A stretch of DNA of 64,000 nucleotides from positions 31,205-95,204 of the forward strand of contig CBDFGE010000006.1 in assembly GCA_965247055.1 (NCBI GenBank). Direction: 5' to 3'. The translations under genes were made by a program, and so were the position numbers. Shown here piece by piece: positions 35,871-46,976 of this stretch. The stretch is from Dehalococcoidia bacterium. GTDB lineage: Bacteria; Chloroflexota; Dehalococcoidia; Lucifugimonadales; JAGWBF01. Each line of letters starts with the position of its first letter. The stretch's first letter is position 1. The notes under the pieces are model-generated. The model ran no database searches and was not told where the DNA came from. It saw only the letters and a program-made list of their open reading frames with translations.

Positions 35871-36812
35871 CTACTGGCCGGTGCCGGGAGCGAACCCGGC
35901 CTGGGGGTCCTCGAGGAACTGGAAGAGCTCCGAGTCCGAGGACAGGATTATGGTGGTGTTGGTGCTAAGGAACTTCCTGTAGGCTTCCAGGCTCCGGTCG
36001 AAGGCATAGAAGTCCTCGTCCTGCTCCAGGGCTTCGGCCAGGATCTTGATAGCCTCCGCCAGGCCTTCACCCCTTGTCAGGTTGGCCTGCCTCTCGGCCT
36101 CGGCCAGGATCTGGGCCTTGTCTCTGTCCACCTCGGCCACGATCTTGGCCTCCTCCCTGGCCCCCTCGGCGCGGAACTCCCCCGAGATCCGTTCCCGCTC
36201 CGAGATCATCCTGTTGAATATATTCGTCAGAGCGACCTCGGGGAAGTCGGCGCGCTTTATCCTGACGTCGAGCACCGCGACGCCAAAGTCGTTCTGCGGG
36301 GCTTTCACGGCCAGGTCGGTAGCGGCAAGCACCCTACCCAGGATCTCCTGGCGTGTTCCCGTGGGAATGACCCGCCTCTCGCCGTCCTCTGTTGTCTCCA
36401 CCCTGGCGCCGATGATCTCCTCCTTGGTCCTCTCGCCTATCTCATTCCTCAGTGCGGAGATAACTATCCTGCCGATACGCTCCTCGGCACGGTCCAGGTT
36501 GGCCAGCTTTTCGAAAAACTTCCTGACGTCCGTTATCTGATACCGGGCGTAGGCGTCAATATTCAGGAACTCCTTTTCTTTGTCGGGCAGGGTCGACGAG
36601 GGCACGTCCACCCTGAGCACCCTCCGGTCGAACGTGTTCACGGAGTCGATAAAGGGAGTCTTGACCTTGAGTCCCGGGCTGGTGTGAATCGTCTTGATCT
36701 CGCCGAACCGGGTGACCACCGCCAGCTGGGTCTCGTCCACGGTGAAGAGGGCCTGAGGGCCGACGATGCTCAGGAGGAGCACCACCACTATAGCTATTAT
36801 TGCTGTTTTCAT
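35871..36812 (-). CDS. hflC: protease modulator HflC (SPFH/band 7)
   Basis: N-terminal TM segment followed by an SPFH domain (LFTVDETQLAVVTRFGE...). It lies immediately downstream of hflK. Confidence 0.88.
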   Translation of the reverse strand: MKTAIIAIVVVLLLSIVGPQALFTVDETQLAVVTRFGEIKTIHTSPGLKVKTPFIDSVNTFDRRVLRVDVPSSTLPDKEKEFLNIDAYARYQITDVRKFFEKLANLDRAEERIGRIVISALRNEIGERTKEEIIGARVETTEDGERRVIPTGTRQEILGRVLAATDLAVKAPQNDFGVAVLDVRIKRADFPEVALTNIFNRMISERERISGEFRAEGAREEAKIVAEVDRDKAQILAEAERQANLTRGEGLAEAIKILAEALEQDEDFYAFDRSLEAYRKFLSTNTTIILSSDSELFQFLEDPQAGFAPGTGQ

Positions 36813-36820
36813 GGCGGCCG

Positions 36821-37981
36821 CTATCCCCCCTCGCCGGGAGTTGGGTTGGCGGCTGGTGGTTGGAGGGAGGTGGGGCTCGGGACCGGCACCACGTTGGTCC
36901 CCGCGTTAAGTATGATGGCTCCCCCGGCCCCGGGGGAGACGACGAACTTGGAGATGCCCGGCAGTACGTCCTCCATGGCCTCGAGGTAAAGCCTCTGGCG
37001 GGTCACGTCCGGGGATTTTCGGTACTCCTGGAGGATGGATAGGAACCGGCCGGCCTCACCCTCGGCTTTGTTGACCCGCTCTATCTTGAAGGCGTTGGCG
37101 CCCTGGATGATCTTTTCCGCATCGCCTTCGGCCCTGGGAATCTGGTCGAACTTGTAAGCCTCTCCCTTGTTTATAGCGGTATCCCGGTCCTGTCTGGCCC
37201 GGTTGACTTCCTGAAAGGCGTCAAACACCTCCGCAGGTGGTTGCACCTCCTGTAGTCTCACGCTCAGGATTAGTATGCCTGTGCCGTAGCTATCGAGGAT
37301 CTCCTGAAGTAGAGTCTGTGTTCTGGTCTGTACGTCCTCCCTCTTTCCCGTGAGGACGTCGTCGATGGAGCTTTCCCCCACCACCAGCCTCAGGGCCGCC
37401 TCGGTGGCGTCCTTCAGGGTGCGCCCCTCCGGCCGTCCCTGGGCTATATTCCTCGTGCCCGGCGGGATACTTTCTCCCGGATCAGAGACCTTGAACAGGA
37501 AGCTCTCCAGGTCTTGTATGCGGTACTGGACCACGAGCGGCACGTCCACGATGTTCAGGTCCCCCGCGATCATCTGGGCTTCCTCTTGCACCTTCACCTC
37601 CACGCCTCCGGAGGTGTTGATGCCCAGCTGCATGCTGCGGATCTCCTCGGTGGACTCGATATTTTTGGTGCCGATGGGGGCGGGCCACCACCAGTGAAGC
37701 CCCTGTCCCGTGGTCCTGCAGCATTCGCCGAAGGTCCGGTGCACCGCCTGCTCTCCGGGCCTTACCTGGTATGTCCCACTAGCCATCCAGATGATGAAAG
37801 ACAGCCCCAGAATGCCGAAGACCGCCAGGCTAACGAGCCTTCCGCTCCCCGACCTTCCGCTCATCCCGGCGAAGACCGACCGCACCCGGTTAAGGATCTG
37901 CTCGAAGTCGATCTCGGGCTCTCTTCTGGGTGGATGTTGCATACTTGTTTCCGGCGACTCTGCCCGCCGATGTTTCTCCAC
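36821..37981 (-). CDS. hflK: protease modulator HflK (SPFH/band 7)
   Basis: TM segment followed by an SPFH domain (YQVRPGEQAVHRTFGE...AEGDAEKIIQGANAFK...). The start is uncertain: GTG at 37981 or ATG at 37942. Confidence 0.85.
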   Translation of the reverse strand: MEKHRRAESPETSMQHPPRREPEIDFEQILNRVRSVFAGMSGRSGSGRLVSLAVFGILGLSFIIWMASGTYQVRPGEQAVHRTFGECCRTTGQGLHWWWPAPIGTKNIESTEEIRSMQLGINTSGGVEVKVQEEAQMIAGDLNIVDVPLVVQYRIQDLESFLFKVSDPGESIPPGTRNIAQGRPEGRTLKDATEAALRLVVGESSIDDVLTGKREDVQTRTQTLLQEILDSYGTGILILSVRLQEVQPPAEVFDAFQEVNRARQDRDTAINKGEAYKFDQIPRAEGDAEKIIQGANAFKIERVNKAEGEAGRFLSILQEYRKSPDVTRQRLYLEAMEDVLPGISKFVVSPGAGGAIILNAGTNVVPVPSPTSLQPPAANPTPGEGG

Positions 37982-38084
37982 GGGACCGGCCAGATTGGCG
38001 CAATCCCAATTGTACCACAGATGACAAGCTCAAGACACAGATCATGAAACCGTTTTGACGAGATTCGGCGGGGCCGGCTCGACT

Positions 38085-38113
38085 TTGACCCGCACCCGAA
38101 AGTCGGTGATAAT
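38085..38113 (+). promoter_or_regulatory. sigma70-like promoter of the small orphan ORF
   Basis: TTGACC (38085-38090), a 17-nt spacer, then GATAAT (38108-38113). A GAGGGAGG RBS sits 6 nt before the ATG at 38138. Confidence 0.5.
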
Positions 38114-38137
38114 GGTTGCAGCGAGGGAGGTCTTCTA

Positions 38138-38401
38138 ATGGCTGAGTATGGACTTCAGGTGAAACATGGTCAGGGTATGACCCGCCTCCAGATCGGCTGC
38201 ATGCACCAGAGGGGGCTGCTCTACGTGGTCCCGTCGGAGAAAAGCTGGGTATGCACTCAGGAGCACATCACAGCCCACGCGCTTGCCGGTTTTCTCGATG
38301 AGCTGAAGGAGCTGAACGACCCCAGGGTACATGGGCTAATGCAGAGGTGGGGAATATATTTTCGCAAGCTCCCTCTGGAAGATGATCTGGAGGACGGCTG
38401 A
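38138..38401 (+). CDS. hypothetical small protein (87 aa), orphan
   Basis: Good promoter and strong RBS. GC content is visibly lower than the flanks. Contains C21...C39-x3-H-x3-H spacing and an acidic C-terminus (LEDDLEDG). No family recognised. Confidence 0.6.
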   Translation: MAEYGLQVKHGQGMTRLQIGCMHQRGLLYVVPSEKSWVCTQEHITAHALAGFLDELKELNDPRVHGLMQRWGIYFRKLPLEDDLEDG

Positions 38402-38512
38402 TCTGACTGTGGCAGAGGCGGGTGCCCGGTGGCCCTTCAGGCGAAGCGAGTCGGCGGCCAGGGCCTTCGAGGCTGGCTGCGGCGCAGGAAGGCGCTCCCC
38501 ACCCGCGCGCCA

Positions 38513-40456
38513 CTAACCATGTCCGGCGGCATCGACACTGTCGCCCGGGTTGGGATCGTGCTGGATGGGCATGCTCGGGCTGGGCTGTGGGGTGGGCTGG
38601 GCGCTGGGGGGCGTTACTGGAGAGGGCCGTAGGTCCGGCGCCAGCGCCTCCTTAGGCGGTCGGCCTCCGAAAAGGCGCTTCAGCTCCTCCCCTTCCACTG
38701 ACTCGTGCTGTACGAGATAGACGGCGACTTCCTCCAGCTTGGGCCTGTTGGCGACGAGGATCTCCTCCGCCCGGCGGTAGGCGTGCTCAATCAGGCGCTG
38801 GACCTCCTTATCTATCTCCTCGGCCACACTGTTGCTGTAGTCCCGCTCCTCATGGATCTCCCGGCCCAGGAAGACCAACTCCTCCCTCTTGCCGAAGGTC
38901 CGCGGGCCCAGGGTCGTGCTCATGCCGTACTGCTTCACCATGCGCAGGGCAACCTTGGTGGCGTGCTCCAGGTCGTTGCTGGCGCCGGTGGTCACCTCCG
39001 AGAATACGAGCTGCTCTGCGATGCGGCCCCCCAGGGCCGTCGCCAGCATGTCGTCGAACTGGTTCTTGGTCCAGAGGTACCGGTCCTCTTCGGGAAGGAG
39101 CCTGGTATACCCGCCCATGTTGCCCCGGGCGACGATGGAGATCTTATGCACCGGGTCCGCATTGGGGAGCTTCCAGGCCACAAGGGCGTGGCCCGCCTCG
39201 TGATAGGCCGTCATGTCCCTTTGCCTGGGACTGATGACACGGCCCTTGCGCTCGGGCCCGGCGATAACCCGGTCTATCGACTCCTGGAACTCTGACATGC
39301 CGATGAGCTTCTTGTCCAGCCGCGCCGTCAGCAGGGCTGCCTCATTCACCAGGCTGGCCAGGTCGGCGCCGCTGAAGCCGGGGGTCTGCTTGGCGAGGGT
39401 CTCGAGACTGACCCCCGGGGCCAGCGGCTTGCCGCTGGAATGCACGTTAAGTATGTCCTTCCGCCCGTTTACGTCCGGCAAGTCGAGGACTACCCTCCGG
39501 TCGAACCGGCCTGGACGGAGCAGCGCCGGGTCCAGGATATCCGGCCGGTTGGTGGCGGCGATGAGGATGATGTTTGTGCCGGAGTCGAAACCGTCCATCT
39601 CCACCAGGATCTGGTTAAGGGTCTGCTCTCGCTCGTCGTGGCCGCCGCCGATGCCGGTCCCACGATGCCGCCCGACGGCGTCTATCTCGTCCACGAAGAC
39701 GATACAGGGCGCGTTACGCTTTGCCTGATCGAACAGGTCCCTGACCCTGGCGGCTCCAACCCCAACGAACATCTCCACGAACTCGCTGCCGCTGATGGAG
39801 AAAAAGGGCACCCCCGCTTCGCCCGCGACAGCCCGCGCCATCAGGGTCTTGCCAGTGCCGGGCTGCCCCACCAGCAGCACGCCCCTGGGTATGCGCGCGC
39901 CCAGGGACAGGAACCGGTCGGGGAACTTGAGGAATTCCACCACCTCCTGGAGCTCGGCCTTGGCCTCTTCTACGCCGGCCACGTCGGTGAAGGTGACGGT
40001 AGGTCTGGTGTTGGTAAAGAGTCGCGCCCTGCTCTTGCCGAAACTGAGGGTCTGGTTGTTGCCGCCCTGGGCCTGGCGCATCATGAACAGGATGAGGGCG
40101 CCGAAAAAGATCAGAGGGAGGAAGGTTATGAGTATCCCGAAGAGGCTCCCCAGGCCGCCCCCGCCCGCGAACTCGACGTTGACGCCGCCGGGGCCCGTCT
40201 TCACCTCCTCCTCACGGAGGACCTGCATGATGTCGGTGTTCTTCCCGATACGGCTCTTGAATTTCTCGCCGCCGCGGGTGACGGTGACCTTCTCGCCCTT
40301 CACCACGATCTCCTGGACCTGTCCCTCCTGCGCCCAGGCCAGGATGTCGCTGAAGGGCCGCTCCTCCGTACCGCTGAAGCCGCCTCGCATCATCGCGTAG
40401 AAGATGGCTACAACGGCGACGATTATGAGCAGATATATGAAGCTATTTCTTCTCAT
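38513..40456 (-). CDS. ftsH: ATP-dependent zinc metalloprotease FtsH
   Basis: Two N-terminal TM segments, an AAA+ module ([25 protein letters not shown]), the HEAGHA zinc motif, and a P-rich C-terminal tail. Confidence 0.95.
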   Translation of the reverse strand: MRRNSFIYLLIIVAVVAIFYAMMRGGFSGTEERPFSDILAWAQEGQVQEIVVKGEKVTVTRGGEKFKSRIGKNTDIMQVLREEEVKTGPGGVNVEFAGGGGLGSLFGILITFLPLIFFGALILFMMRQAQGGNNQTLSFGKSRARLFTNTRPTVTFTDVAGVEEAKAELQEVVEFLKFPDRFLSLGARIPRGVLLVGQPGTGKTLMARAVAGEAGVPFFSISGSEFVEMFVGVGAARVRDLFDQAKRNAPCIVFVDEIDAVGRHRGTGIGGGHDEREQTLNQILVEMDGFDSGTNIILIAATNRPDILDPALLRPGRFDRRVVLDLPDVNGRKDILNVHSSGKPLAPGVSLETLAKQTPGFSGADLASLVNEAALLTARLDKKLIGMSEFQESIDRVIAGPERKGRVISPRQRDMTAYHEAGHALVAWKLPNADPVHKISIVARGNMGGYTRLLPEEDRYLWTKNQFDDMLATALGGRIAEQLVFSEVTTGASNDLEHATKVALRMVKQYGMSTTLGPRTFGKREELVFLGREIHEERDYSNSVAEEIDKEVQRLIEHAYRRAEEILVANRPKLEEVAVYLVQHESVEGEELKRLFGGRPPKEALAPDLRPSPVTPPSAQPTPQPSPSMPIQHDPNPGDSVDAAGHG

Positions 40457-40526
40457 ATGCCTATCGGTCTCGGCGCAGCCTGCGGACAGATGGCCGCCAC
40501 TCCCCTGAGAAGGGATTCACACTAAT

Positions 40527-40555
40527 ATATTAATGTAGGCGCAGCACAAAAGTAA
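40527..40555 (-). promoter_or_regulatory. promoter-like element of ftsH
   Basis: On the minus strand: TTACTT (40555-40550), a 17-nt spacer, then TAATAT (40532-40527). Confidence 0.35.
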
Positions 40556-40561
40556 AGGGCT

Positions 40562-40595
40562 GTTCCTGCTGTTCCCTGAGTTCCTTGACCGTTCC
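40562..40595. repeat. four phased GTTCC (GGAAC on the ftsH strand) direct repeats
   Basis: GTTCC at 40562, 40571, 40580 and 40591 (spacing 9, 9 and 11 bp), directly upstream of the putative ftsH -35 hexamer. Confidence 0.6.
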
Positions 40596-40817
40596 TTGGC
40601 TGGGTACGTCCCGGCGGAGAAGCGCCCACCAACCTGGGGCAGCGGTTACACCCTTCGCCCATCGTTACGTATCCGGTGGACCCCGGCTGCCGGGACAGCC
40701 CACCGGCCTCGCCTACCGCCGACGGTACGGAGTACGAGGTAAAACGCTACCTGCCCAGCCTGTAGCCCGGCGCGCCGCTGCCCGGAAAAGTCCCCGCCCG
40801 TTGGGTCTATCCAACCA

Positions 40818-40847
40818 TTGACTAAGTAGTTATAATGTCGTTTTAAT
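40818..40847 (+). promoter_or_regulatory. promoter-like region upstream of gltB (hexamer phasing ambiguous)
   Basis: TTGACT (40818-40823) with an 18-nt spacer to TTTAAT (40842-40847). A perfect TATAAT at 40831-40836 lacks a properly spaced -35. Confidence 0.35.
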
Positions 40848-40921
40848 CTCAGATAGGCGGGCTGCACGGGCTGAAGCCTGTCCTTTACCCACGCAGGGCG
40901 GAGAGGGATCGTTCACCGTAT

Positions 40922-43900
40922 ATGGCACGGATGCCGAAACTGGTAAAGCAGGGACTTTACGATCCACAGTACGAGCACGACGCCTGTGGCGTTGGTGTCG
41001 TCGCCAGCATCAATGGCACCAGGTCTCACGACATAATCGAGAAGGGGCTCCAGGTGCTGGTCAACCTGGGCCACAGGGGGGCCTGCGGCTCCGACCCCAA
41101 GACCGGCGATGGCGCCGGGATACTGGTCCAGATGCCCCACGAGTTCTTTCGCAAGGAGTGCGCCGGGCTCGACATCTCCCTCCCGCCGCCCGGAGACTAT
41201 GGGGTAGGGATGGTCTTTCTGCCCCGGGACCCGGCCCATGGGGAGCGCTGCCAGAAGCTGCTCGAAGGAATAGTCCGCGAAGAGGGGCAGACCCTACTGG
41301 GCTGGCGCGACGTTCCCGTGGACGACACCGGCATAGGTGCCCACTCCAGGGAGGTCCGGCCTCTTATCCGGCAGATATTCATTGGCCGGGGGCCCGATAC
41401 GGCCGGCGAGGGCCAGTTCGTCCGCAAGCTCTACGTCATTCGTAGGCTGGTAGAGAAGGCCGTCGCAGAGTCCGACATCGAGGATCGGGAGGCCTTCTAC
41501 ATATCCAGCCTGTTCAGCAACCGTATCGTCTACAAGGGTCTCCTCATGGCGGACCAGATGTCCGGCTTCTATCGGGACCTGGCCGACCCGGAGATGGTAA
41601 CTCGCTTCGCCATGGTCCATTCCAGGTTCAGCACCAACACATTGGGGTCCTGGAAGCTTGCCCACCCTTATCGGTTTCTGGAGCACAACGGCGAGATCAA
41701 CACCCTGCGGGGCAACCTGAACTGGATGGCGGCCCGCCAGGCGATGTTCTCGTCGCCCCTCTTCGGGGAGGACATGCAGAAGCTGTTCCCCATCATAGTT
41801 CCGGGCCAGAGCGATACGGCCTGTATAGATAACGTCCTCGAGCTGCTCCTGGCCACCGGCAGGTCGTTGCCCCACTCCCTGATGATGCTGGTCCCCGAAG
41901 CCTGGGGCGATCATGTGGAGATCGACCCCATCAAAAAGGACTTCTACGAGTACCATTCCTCTATGATGGAGCCCTGGGATGGGCCGGCGCTTCTGGTGTG
42001 TACCGACGGCGTGAGAGTAGCTGCCATCCTGGACCGCAACGGCCTGCGCCCCTTCCGATACCTGGTCACGAAGGGCGGCCTGTTGGTGATGGCCTCGGAG
42101 GTGGGGGTCCTGGACGTGCCCGCCGAGGACGTGCTTTTCAAGGCGAGGCTGAAGCCCGGCCGCATGTTCCTGGTGGACCCCGACGAGGGGAGGATCATCG
42201 AGGACGAGGAGATAAAACGGGAGCTCTCGACCAGCCGGCCCTACGGGGAGTGGCTGGCGGAGAACGTGGTGAAGCTGGAGGAGCTACCCGAGCGCACCCA
42301 AGGCCCGCCTTTCGACCGGGATGCTCTTCTCAAGTGTCAGCAGGTCATGGGTTACACGCTGGAGGACCTGCGAATAATAATGGAGCCCATGGCCGCCACC
42401 GGCGCCGAGGCGGTGGGGTCCATGGGGAACGACACCCCCTTGGCGGTGCTGTCGGACAGGCCCCAGCTTGTGTTCAACTACTTCAAGCAGATCTTCGCCC
42501 AGGTAACCAACCCGCCCCTGGACGCCATCAGGGAGGAGCTGGTCACCTCGACCGACAGTTTTATCGGGTCGGAGCGGAACCTGTTCGAGGAGACACCCCA
42601 GCACTGCCGACAGCTCAAGCTGAAGGAGCCTGTGCTCACCAATGCCGAGCTGGAGAAGGTGCGCAATATCGACGTCGGAGACATACGGGCCGCCACCCTC
42701 TCTACCCTCTTCCCGGTCGGTGAAGGGACCGGAGCGTTGGAGCGCGCGCTGGGGGAGCTTTGCCGCGGGGCGTCCAGGGCCATCGGGGAAGGCTTCAGCA
42801 TCCTCATACTTTCGGACCGGGGCGTGGACGAGCGTCACGCACCCATACCGAGCCTGCTGGCTACGTCCACCGTACACCACCACCTGATAAGGGAGGGTAC
42901 CCGGATGAGGGTGGGGTTGGTGGTCGAGTCCGGCGAGCCCAGGGAGGTAGCCCATTTTGCCTTCCTCATCGGGTACGGGGCCGGGGCCGTGAACCCCTAC
43001 CTCGCCTTCGAGACCCTGGATGAGATGGTACGGCAGGAGCTTCTCCCCCCAGGCATGGACTCCAAAACGGCCCGGAACAACTACATCAAGGCGGTGCACA
43101 AGGGTGTGGTGAAGGTGATGTCGAAGATGGGCATCTCCACCATCCACAGTTACCAGGGCGCCCAGATCTTCGAGGCGGTGGGCCTGTCCCAGGAGCTGGT
43201 GGACCGCTGTTTCACATCGACGCCCTCCCGTGTAGGGGGAGTAGGTCTGGAGGTCCTGGAGGAGGAGGCGAGGCAACGCCACGCCCGTGCCTATCCCGAC
43301 AGGGAGGTCGCCGCCAATCTCGAGCTGGACGCGGGAGGTTTCTATCAGTGGCGTCGCGACGGTGAGTATCACATGTACAATCCCGAGACCATCGCCACGC
43401 TCCAGCACGCCGTACGCATCAACAGCTACCAGACCTACAAGGAGTTCGCCCAGCAGATTGACGACCGGAGCAGGAACCGGGCTACCCTGCGCGGTCTGCT
43501 GGAATTCAAGACCCTGGATGATCCCATCCCCCTGGACGAGGTGGAGCCGGCCAAGGAGATCGTAAAGCGCTTCGCCACCGGGGCCATATCCCTCGGCTCC
43601 ATCAGCAAAGAGGCCCATGAGACCCTGGCCATCGCCACAAACCGCATAGGCGCCAGAAGCAATACCGGAGAAGGCGGCGAGGACTACCATCGGTTCAAGC
43701 CCGACACCAACGGCGACTCCCGCAGCAGCGCTATGAAGCAGGTCGCCTCGGGCAGGTTTGGAGTAACTAACAACTACCTGATCAGCGCCAGGGACCTTCA
43801 GATAAAGATGGCCCAGGGCTCCAAGCCTGGGGAGGGCGGGCAGCTCCCGGGCCACAAGGTGGACGAGTACATCGGCTGGATCCGCCACTCCACTCCTGGT

Positions 43901-45472
43901 GTGGAGCTCATCTCGCCTCCCCCCCACCACGATATCTACTCCATCGAGGACCTGGCCCAGCTCATCTACGATCTGAAGTACACCAACCCGCGGGCCCGCG
44001 TCCACGTAAAGCTGGTGGCCGAGGTGGGTGTAGGGACGATAGCCGCGGGGGTATCCAAGGGACACGCCGATGTCGTGCTGATCAGCGGCGACAGCGGCGG
44101 CACCGGCGCCTCCCCCGAGTCGTCCATCAAGTATGCGGGCCTTCCCTGGGAGCTTGGTCTTGCCGAGACCCAGCAGGTGCTCGTGATGAACGATCTCAGG
44201 GGCCGTATCGTCGTGCAGACCGACGGCCAGCTGAAGACGGGTCGAGACGTGGCCATCGCCTGTCTGTTGGGCGCCGACGAGTTCGGCTTCTCCACCGCGC
44301 CCCTCGTAAGCCTGGGGTGCATCATGCTGCGCAAGTGCCACCTTAACACCTGCTCCGTCGGCATCGCTACCCAGGACCCGGAGCTGCGCAAGAAGTTCGC
44401 CGGCCAGCCGGAGCACGTGATCAACTTCTTCTTCTTCGTGGCCGAGCATCTGCGGGAGATCATGGCCCAGATGGGCTTCCGATCCGTAGATGAGATGGTA
44501 GGACGGGCCGACAAACTGGAGACCAGCAGGGCGATAGACCACTGGAAGGCCAAGGGCTTGGACCTGAGCACACTGCTTTACAAGCCCCAGGTGCCCGAGT
44601 GGGTGGCGACCCATCACTGCCAGTCCCAGGACCACGGTCTGGACAAAGCCATTGACCACACCCTCATCCAGCTGTGCCGCGACGCGCTGGATCACAAGAC
44701 TCCCGTGCGGATAGAGCTCCCGATCCGGAACGCCAACCGCACCGTTGGGGCGATGCTGAGCGGAGAAGTGTCCCTGCGCTACGGCGAAGATGGGCTGCCC
44801 GACGACACCATCCAGATCAAATTCACGGGCTCCGCCGGGCAGAGCTTCGGTGCCTTCCTGACGAAGGGAGTGTCCCTGACCCTCGAGGGGGACTCCAACG
44901 ACTATCTCGCCAAGGGTCTGTCTGGGGGCACTATTGTGCTCTACCCGCCCGCGGGCTCGCGCTTCCCTGCGGAAGAGAATATTATCGCGGGTAACGTCTG
45001 CCTGTATGGAGCCACCGGCGGCAAGGTGTTCATCCGCGGCGTCGCCGGAGAGCGTTTCGGCGTGCGGAATAGCGGGGCCCACGCGGTGGTGGAGGGGATA
45101 GGAGACCACGGGTGTGAGTACATGACCCGGGGCGTGGTGGTTGTACTGGGCCCGACAGGACGTAACTTCGCCGCTGGAATGAGCGGCGGCTTCGCCTACG
45201 TCCTGGACGAGGACGGGAGCTTCCCCCGGCGGTGCAATCAGGAGATGGTGGACCTGGAGCCGGTGGCCGAGAAAGAGGAGATGGCTATGCTCCAGAAACT
45301 CGTACGGGAGCACTTTGAGCGCACAGGGAGCGAAAGGGCGCGAAGGGTACTCCAGGCATGGGATGAGATGGTACCCAGGTTCGTCAAGATATTTCCCCGG
45401 GACTATCGGCGGGTCTTAGGAGAGCGGAAAGGAAAGACGGCGACAGAGCTCGAACTGGTGAGCAGTGGGTAA
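40922..45472 (+). CDS. gltB: glutamate synthase large subunit
   Basis: 1516 aa with the Ntn-amidotransferase start ...YEHDACGVG, plus FMN/Fe-S central and GXGXG C-terminal domains. Confidence 0.96.
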   Translation: MARMPKLVKQGLYDPQYEHDACGVGVVASINGTRSHDIIEKGLQVLVNLGHRGACGSDPKTGDGAGILVQMPHEFFRKECAGLDISLPPPGDYGVGMVFLPRDPAHGERCQKLLEGIVREEGQTLLGWRDVPVDDTGIGAHSREVRPLIRQIFIGRGPDTAGEGQFVRKLYVIRRLVEKAVAESDIEDREAFYISSLFSNRIVYKGLLMADQMSGFYRDLADPEMVTRFAMVHSRFSTNTLGSWKLAHPYRFLEHNGEINTLRGNLNWMAARQAMFSSPLFGEDMQKLFPIIVPGQSDTACIDNVLELLLATGRSLPHSLMMLVPEAWGDHVEIDPIKKDFYEYHSSMMEPWDGPALLVCTDGVRVAAILDRNGLRPFRYLVTKGGLLVMASEVGVLDVPAEDVLFKARLKPGRMFLVDPDEGRIIEDEEIKRELSTSRPYGEWLAENVVKLEELPERTQGPPFDRDALLKCQQVMGYTLEDLRIIMEPMAATGAEAVGSMGNDTPLAVLSDRPQLVFNYFKQIFAQVTNPPLDAIREELVTSTDSFIGSERNLFEETPQHCRQLKLKEPVLTNAELEKVRNIDVGDIRAATLSTLFPVGEGTGALERALGELCRGASRAIGEGFSILILSDRGVDERHAPIPSLLATSTVHHHLIREGTRMRVGLVVESGEPREVAHFAFLIGYGAGAVNPYLAFETLDEMVRQELLPPGMDSKTARNNYIKAVHKGVVKVMSKMGISTIHSYQGAQIFEAVGLSQELVDRCFTSTPSRVGGVGLEVLEEEARQRHARAYPDREVAANLELDAGGFYQWRRDGEYHMYNPETIATLQHAVRINSYQTYKEFAQQIDDRSRNRATLRGLLEFKTLDDPIPLDEVEPAKEIVKRFATGAISLGSISKEAHETLAIATNRIGARSNTGEGGEDYHRFKPDTNGDSRSSAMKQVASGRFGVTNNYLISARDLQIKMAQGSKPGEGGQLPGHKVDEYIGWIRHSTPGVELISPPPHHDIYSIEDLAQLIYDLKYTNPRARVHVKLVAEVGVGTIAAGVSKGHADVVLISGDSGGTGASPESSIKYAGLPWELGLAETQQVLVMNDLRGRIVVQTDGQLKTGRDVAIACLLGADEFGFSTAPLVSLGCIMLRKCHLNTCSVGIATQDPELRKKFAGQPEHVINFFFFVAEHLREIMAQMGFRSVDEMVGRADKLETSRAIDHWKAKGLDLSTLLYKPQVPEWVATHHCQSQDHGLDKAIDHTLIQLCRDALDHKTPVRIELPIRNANRTVGAMLSGEVSLRYGEDGLPDDTIQIKFTGSAGQSFGAFLTKGVSLTLEGDSNDYLAKGLSGGTIVLYPPAGSRFPAEENIIAGNVCLYGATGGKVFIRGVAGERFGVRNSGAHAVVEGIGDHGCEYMTRGVVVVLGPTGRNFAAGMSGGFAYVLDEDGSFPRRCNQEMVDLEPVAEKEEMAMLQKLVREHFERTGSERARRVLQAWDEMVPRFVKIFPRDYRRVLGERKGKTATELELVSSG

Positions 45473-46916
45473 GCCGACAGGGTTCAAAGAGCACGCCCGG
45501 GAGACTCCAGGGCGGCGCCCTGTCCGGGAGCGCATAGGGGACTACCGGGAGGTTTACCAGGAGTGGCCCGAAGCGAGCATAAAGGCCCAGGGAGCCCGGT
45601 GCATGGGCTGCGCTGTCCCCTTCTGCCACACCGGCTGTCCCCTGGGGAACGTCATCCCCGACTGGAACGACCTGGTCTACCGGGGCCGCTGGAAGGAGGC
45701 CCTGGACGCGCTGCACTCCACCAACAACTTCCCCGAGTTCACCGGCAGGATCTGCCCCGCACCCTGTGAAGCGTCCTGCGTCCTCGCCATTAACCAGGAC
45801 CCGGTGACCATCGAGTACATCGAGATGGCCATCGCCGACAGGGGATTCAAGGAGGGTTGGATCGTCCCCAGGCCTCCCAAGCTGCGCACAGGCAAGATGG
45901 TCGCCGTGGTGGGCTCGGGTCCTGCCGGGCTCGCCTGCGCCCAGCAGCTTAACCGCGCCGGCCACTGGGTCACCGTGTTCGAGAAGGACAACTACATCGG
46001 CGGCCTGCTTACGCTTGGTATTCCCGACTTCAAGCTTGACAAGGCGATAGTGAAGCGGCGGGCTGACCTTATGGCGGAGGAAGGGGTTGAGTTCCGGACC
46101 GGAGCTAACGTGGGTAAGAACCTGCCCGTAGACACTCTGGCCAGGGATTTCGACGCGGTGTGCATAGCTATTGGGTCTACCCGTGCCCGTGACCTGGACG
46201 TACCGGGACGTGGGTTGGAAGGTATCCATCTGGCCATGGAGTACCTGCCCCAGCAGAACAGGCTGATCGCCGGGGAGCAAATCGCTCCGGACGAGAGGAT
46301 CACAGCGGAGGGCAAACGGGTGGTTATCCTGGGCGGCGGAGATACAGGGGCGGACTGTCTGGGGACTGCCCACCGCCAGGGCGCGGAGATGGTCCACCAG
46401 TTCGAGCTATTACCGGAGCCCCCAGCGACGAGAGGTCCCGGTAACCCCTGGCCCCAGTGGCCGATCATACTCAGGACATCGGCGGCCCACGAAGAGGGCG
46501 GCATCCGGGACTACGGCATATCGACCAAGGGATTCTCGGGGAGCAATGGCCACGTGGAGAAGCTCCACGGGGTGAGGCTCGACGGGAGCCAGAAGGACCC
46601 TAACGGACGTCCCATGATGGTCGAGAGCCCTGACAGCGAGTTCGAGCTGGAGACTGATCTGGTGCTGCTGGCCCTCGGATTCGTGCATCCTGAGCACGAG
46701 GGGATGCTGGAAGAGATGGGGGTTGAGCTGGACCCTCGGGGTAACGTGAAGGCGGACCAGGCCCGGATGACCAGCATTCCGGGCATTTTCGCGGCCGGGG
46801 ACGCGGCCCGTGGGCAGTCCCTGGTGGTGTGGGCCATCGCCGAGGGCCGGGAGGCAGCCCACCATATGGACAAATACCTGATGGGCTCCACCAGCCTGCC
46901 CAGGTCCCTGCGTTAG
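45465..46916 (+). CDS. gltD: glutamate synthase small subunit (NADPH)
   Basis: Fe-S Cys clusters ([16 protein letters not shown]), [14 protein letters not shown] and GIFAAGD. It overlaps the gltB stop by 8 bp. Confidence 0.94.
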   Translation: MGKPTGFKEHARETPGRRPVRERIGDYREVYQEWPEASIKAQGARCMGCAVPFCHTGCPLGNVIPDWNDLVYRGRWKEALDALHSTNNFPEFTGRICPAPCEASCVLAINQDPVTIEYIEMAIADRGFKEGWIVPRPPKLRTGKMVAVVGSGPAGLACAQQLNRAGHWVTVFEKDNYIGGLLTLGIPDFKLDKAIVKRRADLMAEEGVEFRTGANVGKNLPVDTLARDFDAVCIAIGSTRARDLDVPGRGLEGIHLAMEYLPQQNRLIAGEQIAPDERITAEGKRVVILGGGDTGADCLGTAHRQGAEMVHQFELLPEPPATRGPGNPWPQWPIILRTSAAHEEGGIRDYGISTKGFSGSNGHVEKLHGVRLDGSQKDPNGRPMMVESPDSEFELETDLVLLALGFVHPEHEGMLEEMGVELDPRGNVKADQARMTSIPGIFAAGDAARGQSLVVWAIAEGREAAHHMDKYLMGSTSLPRSLR

Positions 46917-46976
46917 TGGCAGGCGGCAGCGGACTGGTGTAGCGGCCTCACCCGACCCCACGTAACGCCGGCCTAG

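Noticed and set aside
35194-35982. 262-aa ORF that could be annotated as an intact RtcB-family CDS.
   Set aside because: It starts inside the gene. It lacks the N-terminal metal-binding half. It misses the canonical LGVIKG* terminus because of a homopolymer frameshift, and it runs on into the 3' end of hflC. I treat it as part of an rtcB pseudogene.
40585-40821. 78-aa ORF in the ftsH-gltB intergenic region.
   Set aside because: It is extremely basic and Pro/Gly/Arg-rich, has no RBS, and overlaps the promoter-like elements. It looks non-coding.
40908-40917. ATCGTTCACC just upstream of the gltB start, reminiscent of the 5' end of the glutamine (glnA) riboswitch.
   Set aside because: Only the first ~10 nt resemble the motif. 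The remainder would overlap the gltB start codon and coding sequence, and I could not find the expected pairing partner or the E-loop/pseudoknot elements. This is probably a chance match.
42284-45313. 1009-aa ORF antisense to gltB. Similar long antisense ORFs occur at 9449-11089 (546 aa, opposite modBC), 26575-28233 (552 aa, opposite the surface protein), 2215-3474, 18607-19569, 21723-22817, 30669-31652, 39440-40525, 45384-46397 and 62121-62978.
   Set aside because: Each lies opposite a gene with unmistakable family motifs. Their translations are R/G/P/H/A-rich, low-complexity and motif-free, as expected from stop-codon depletion on the antisense strand of high-GC coding DNA. None has a plausible RBS or promoter.
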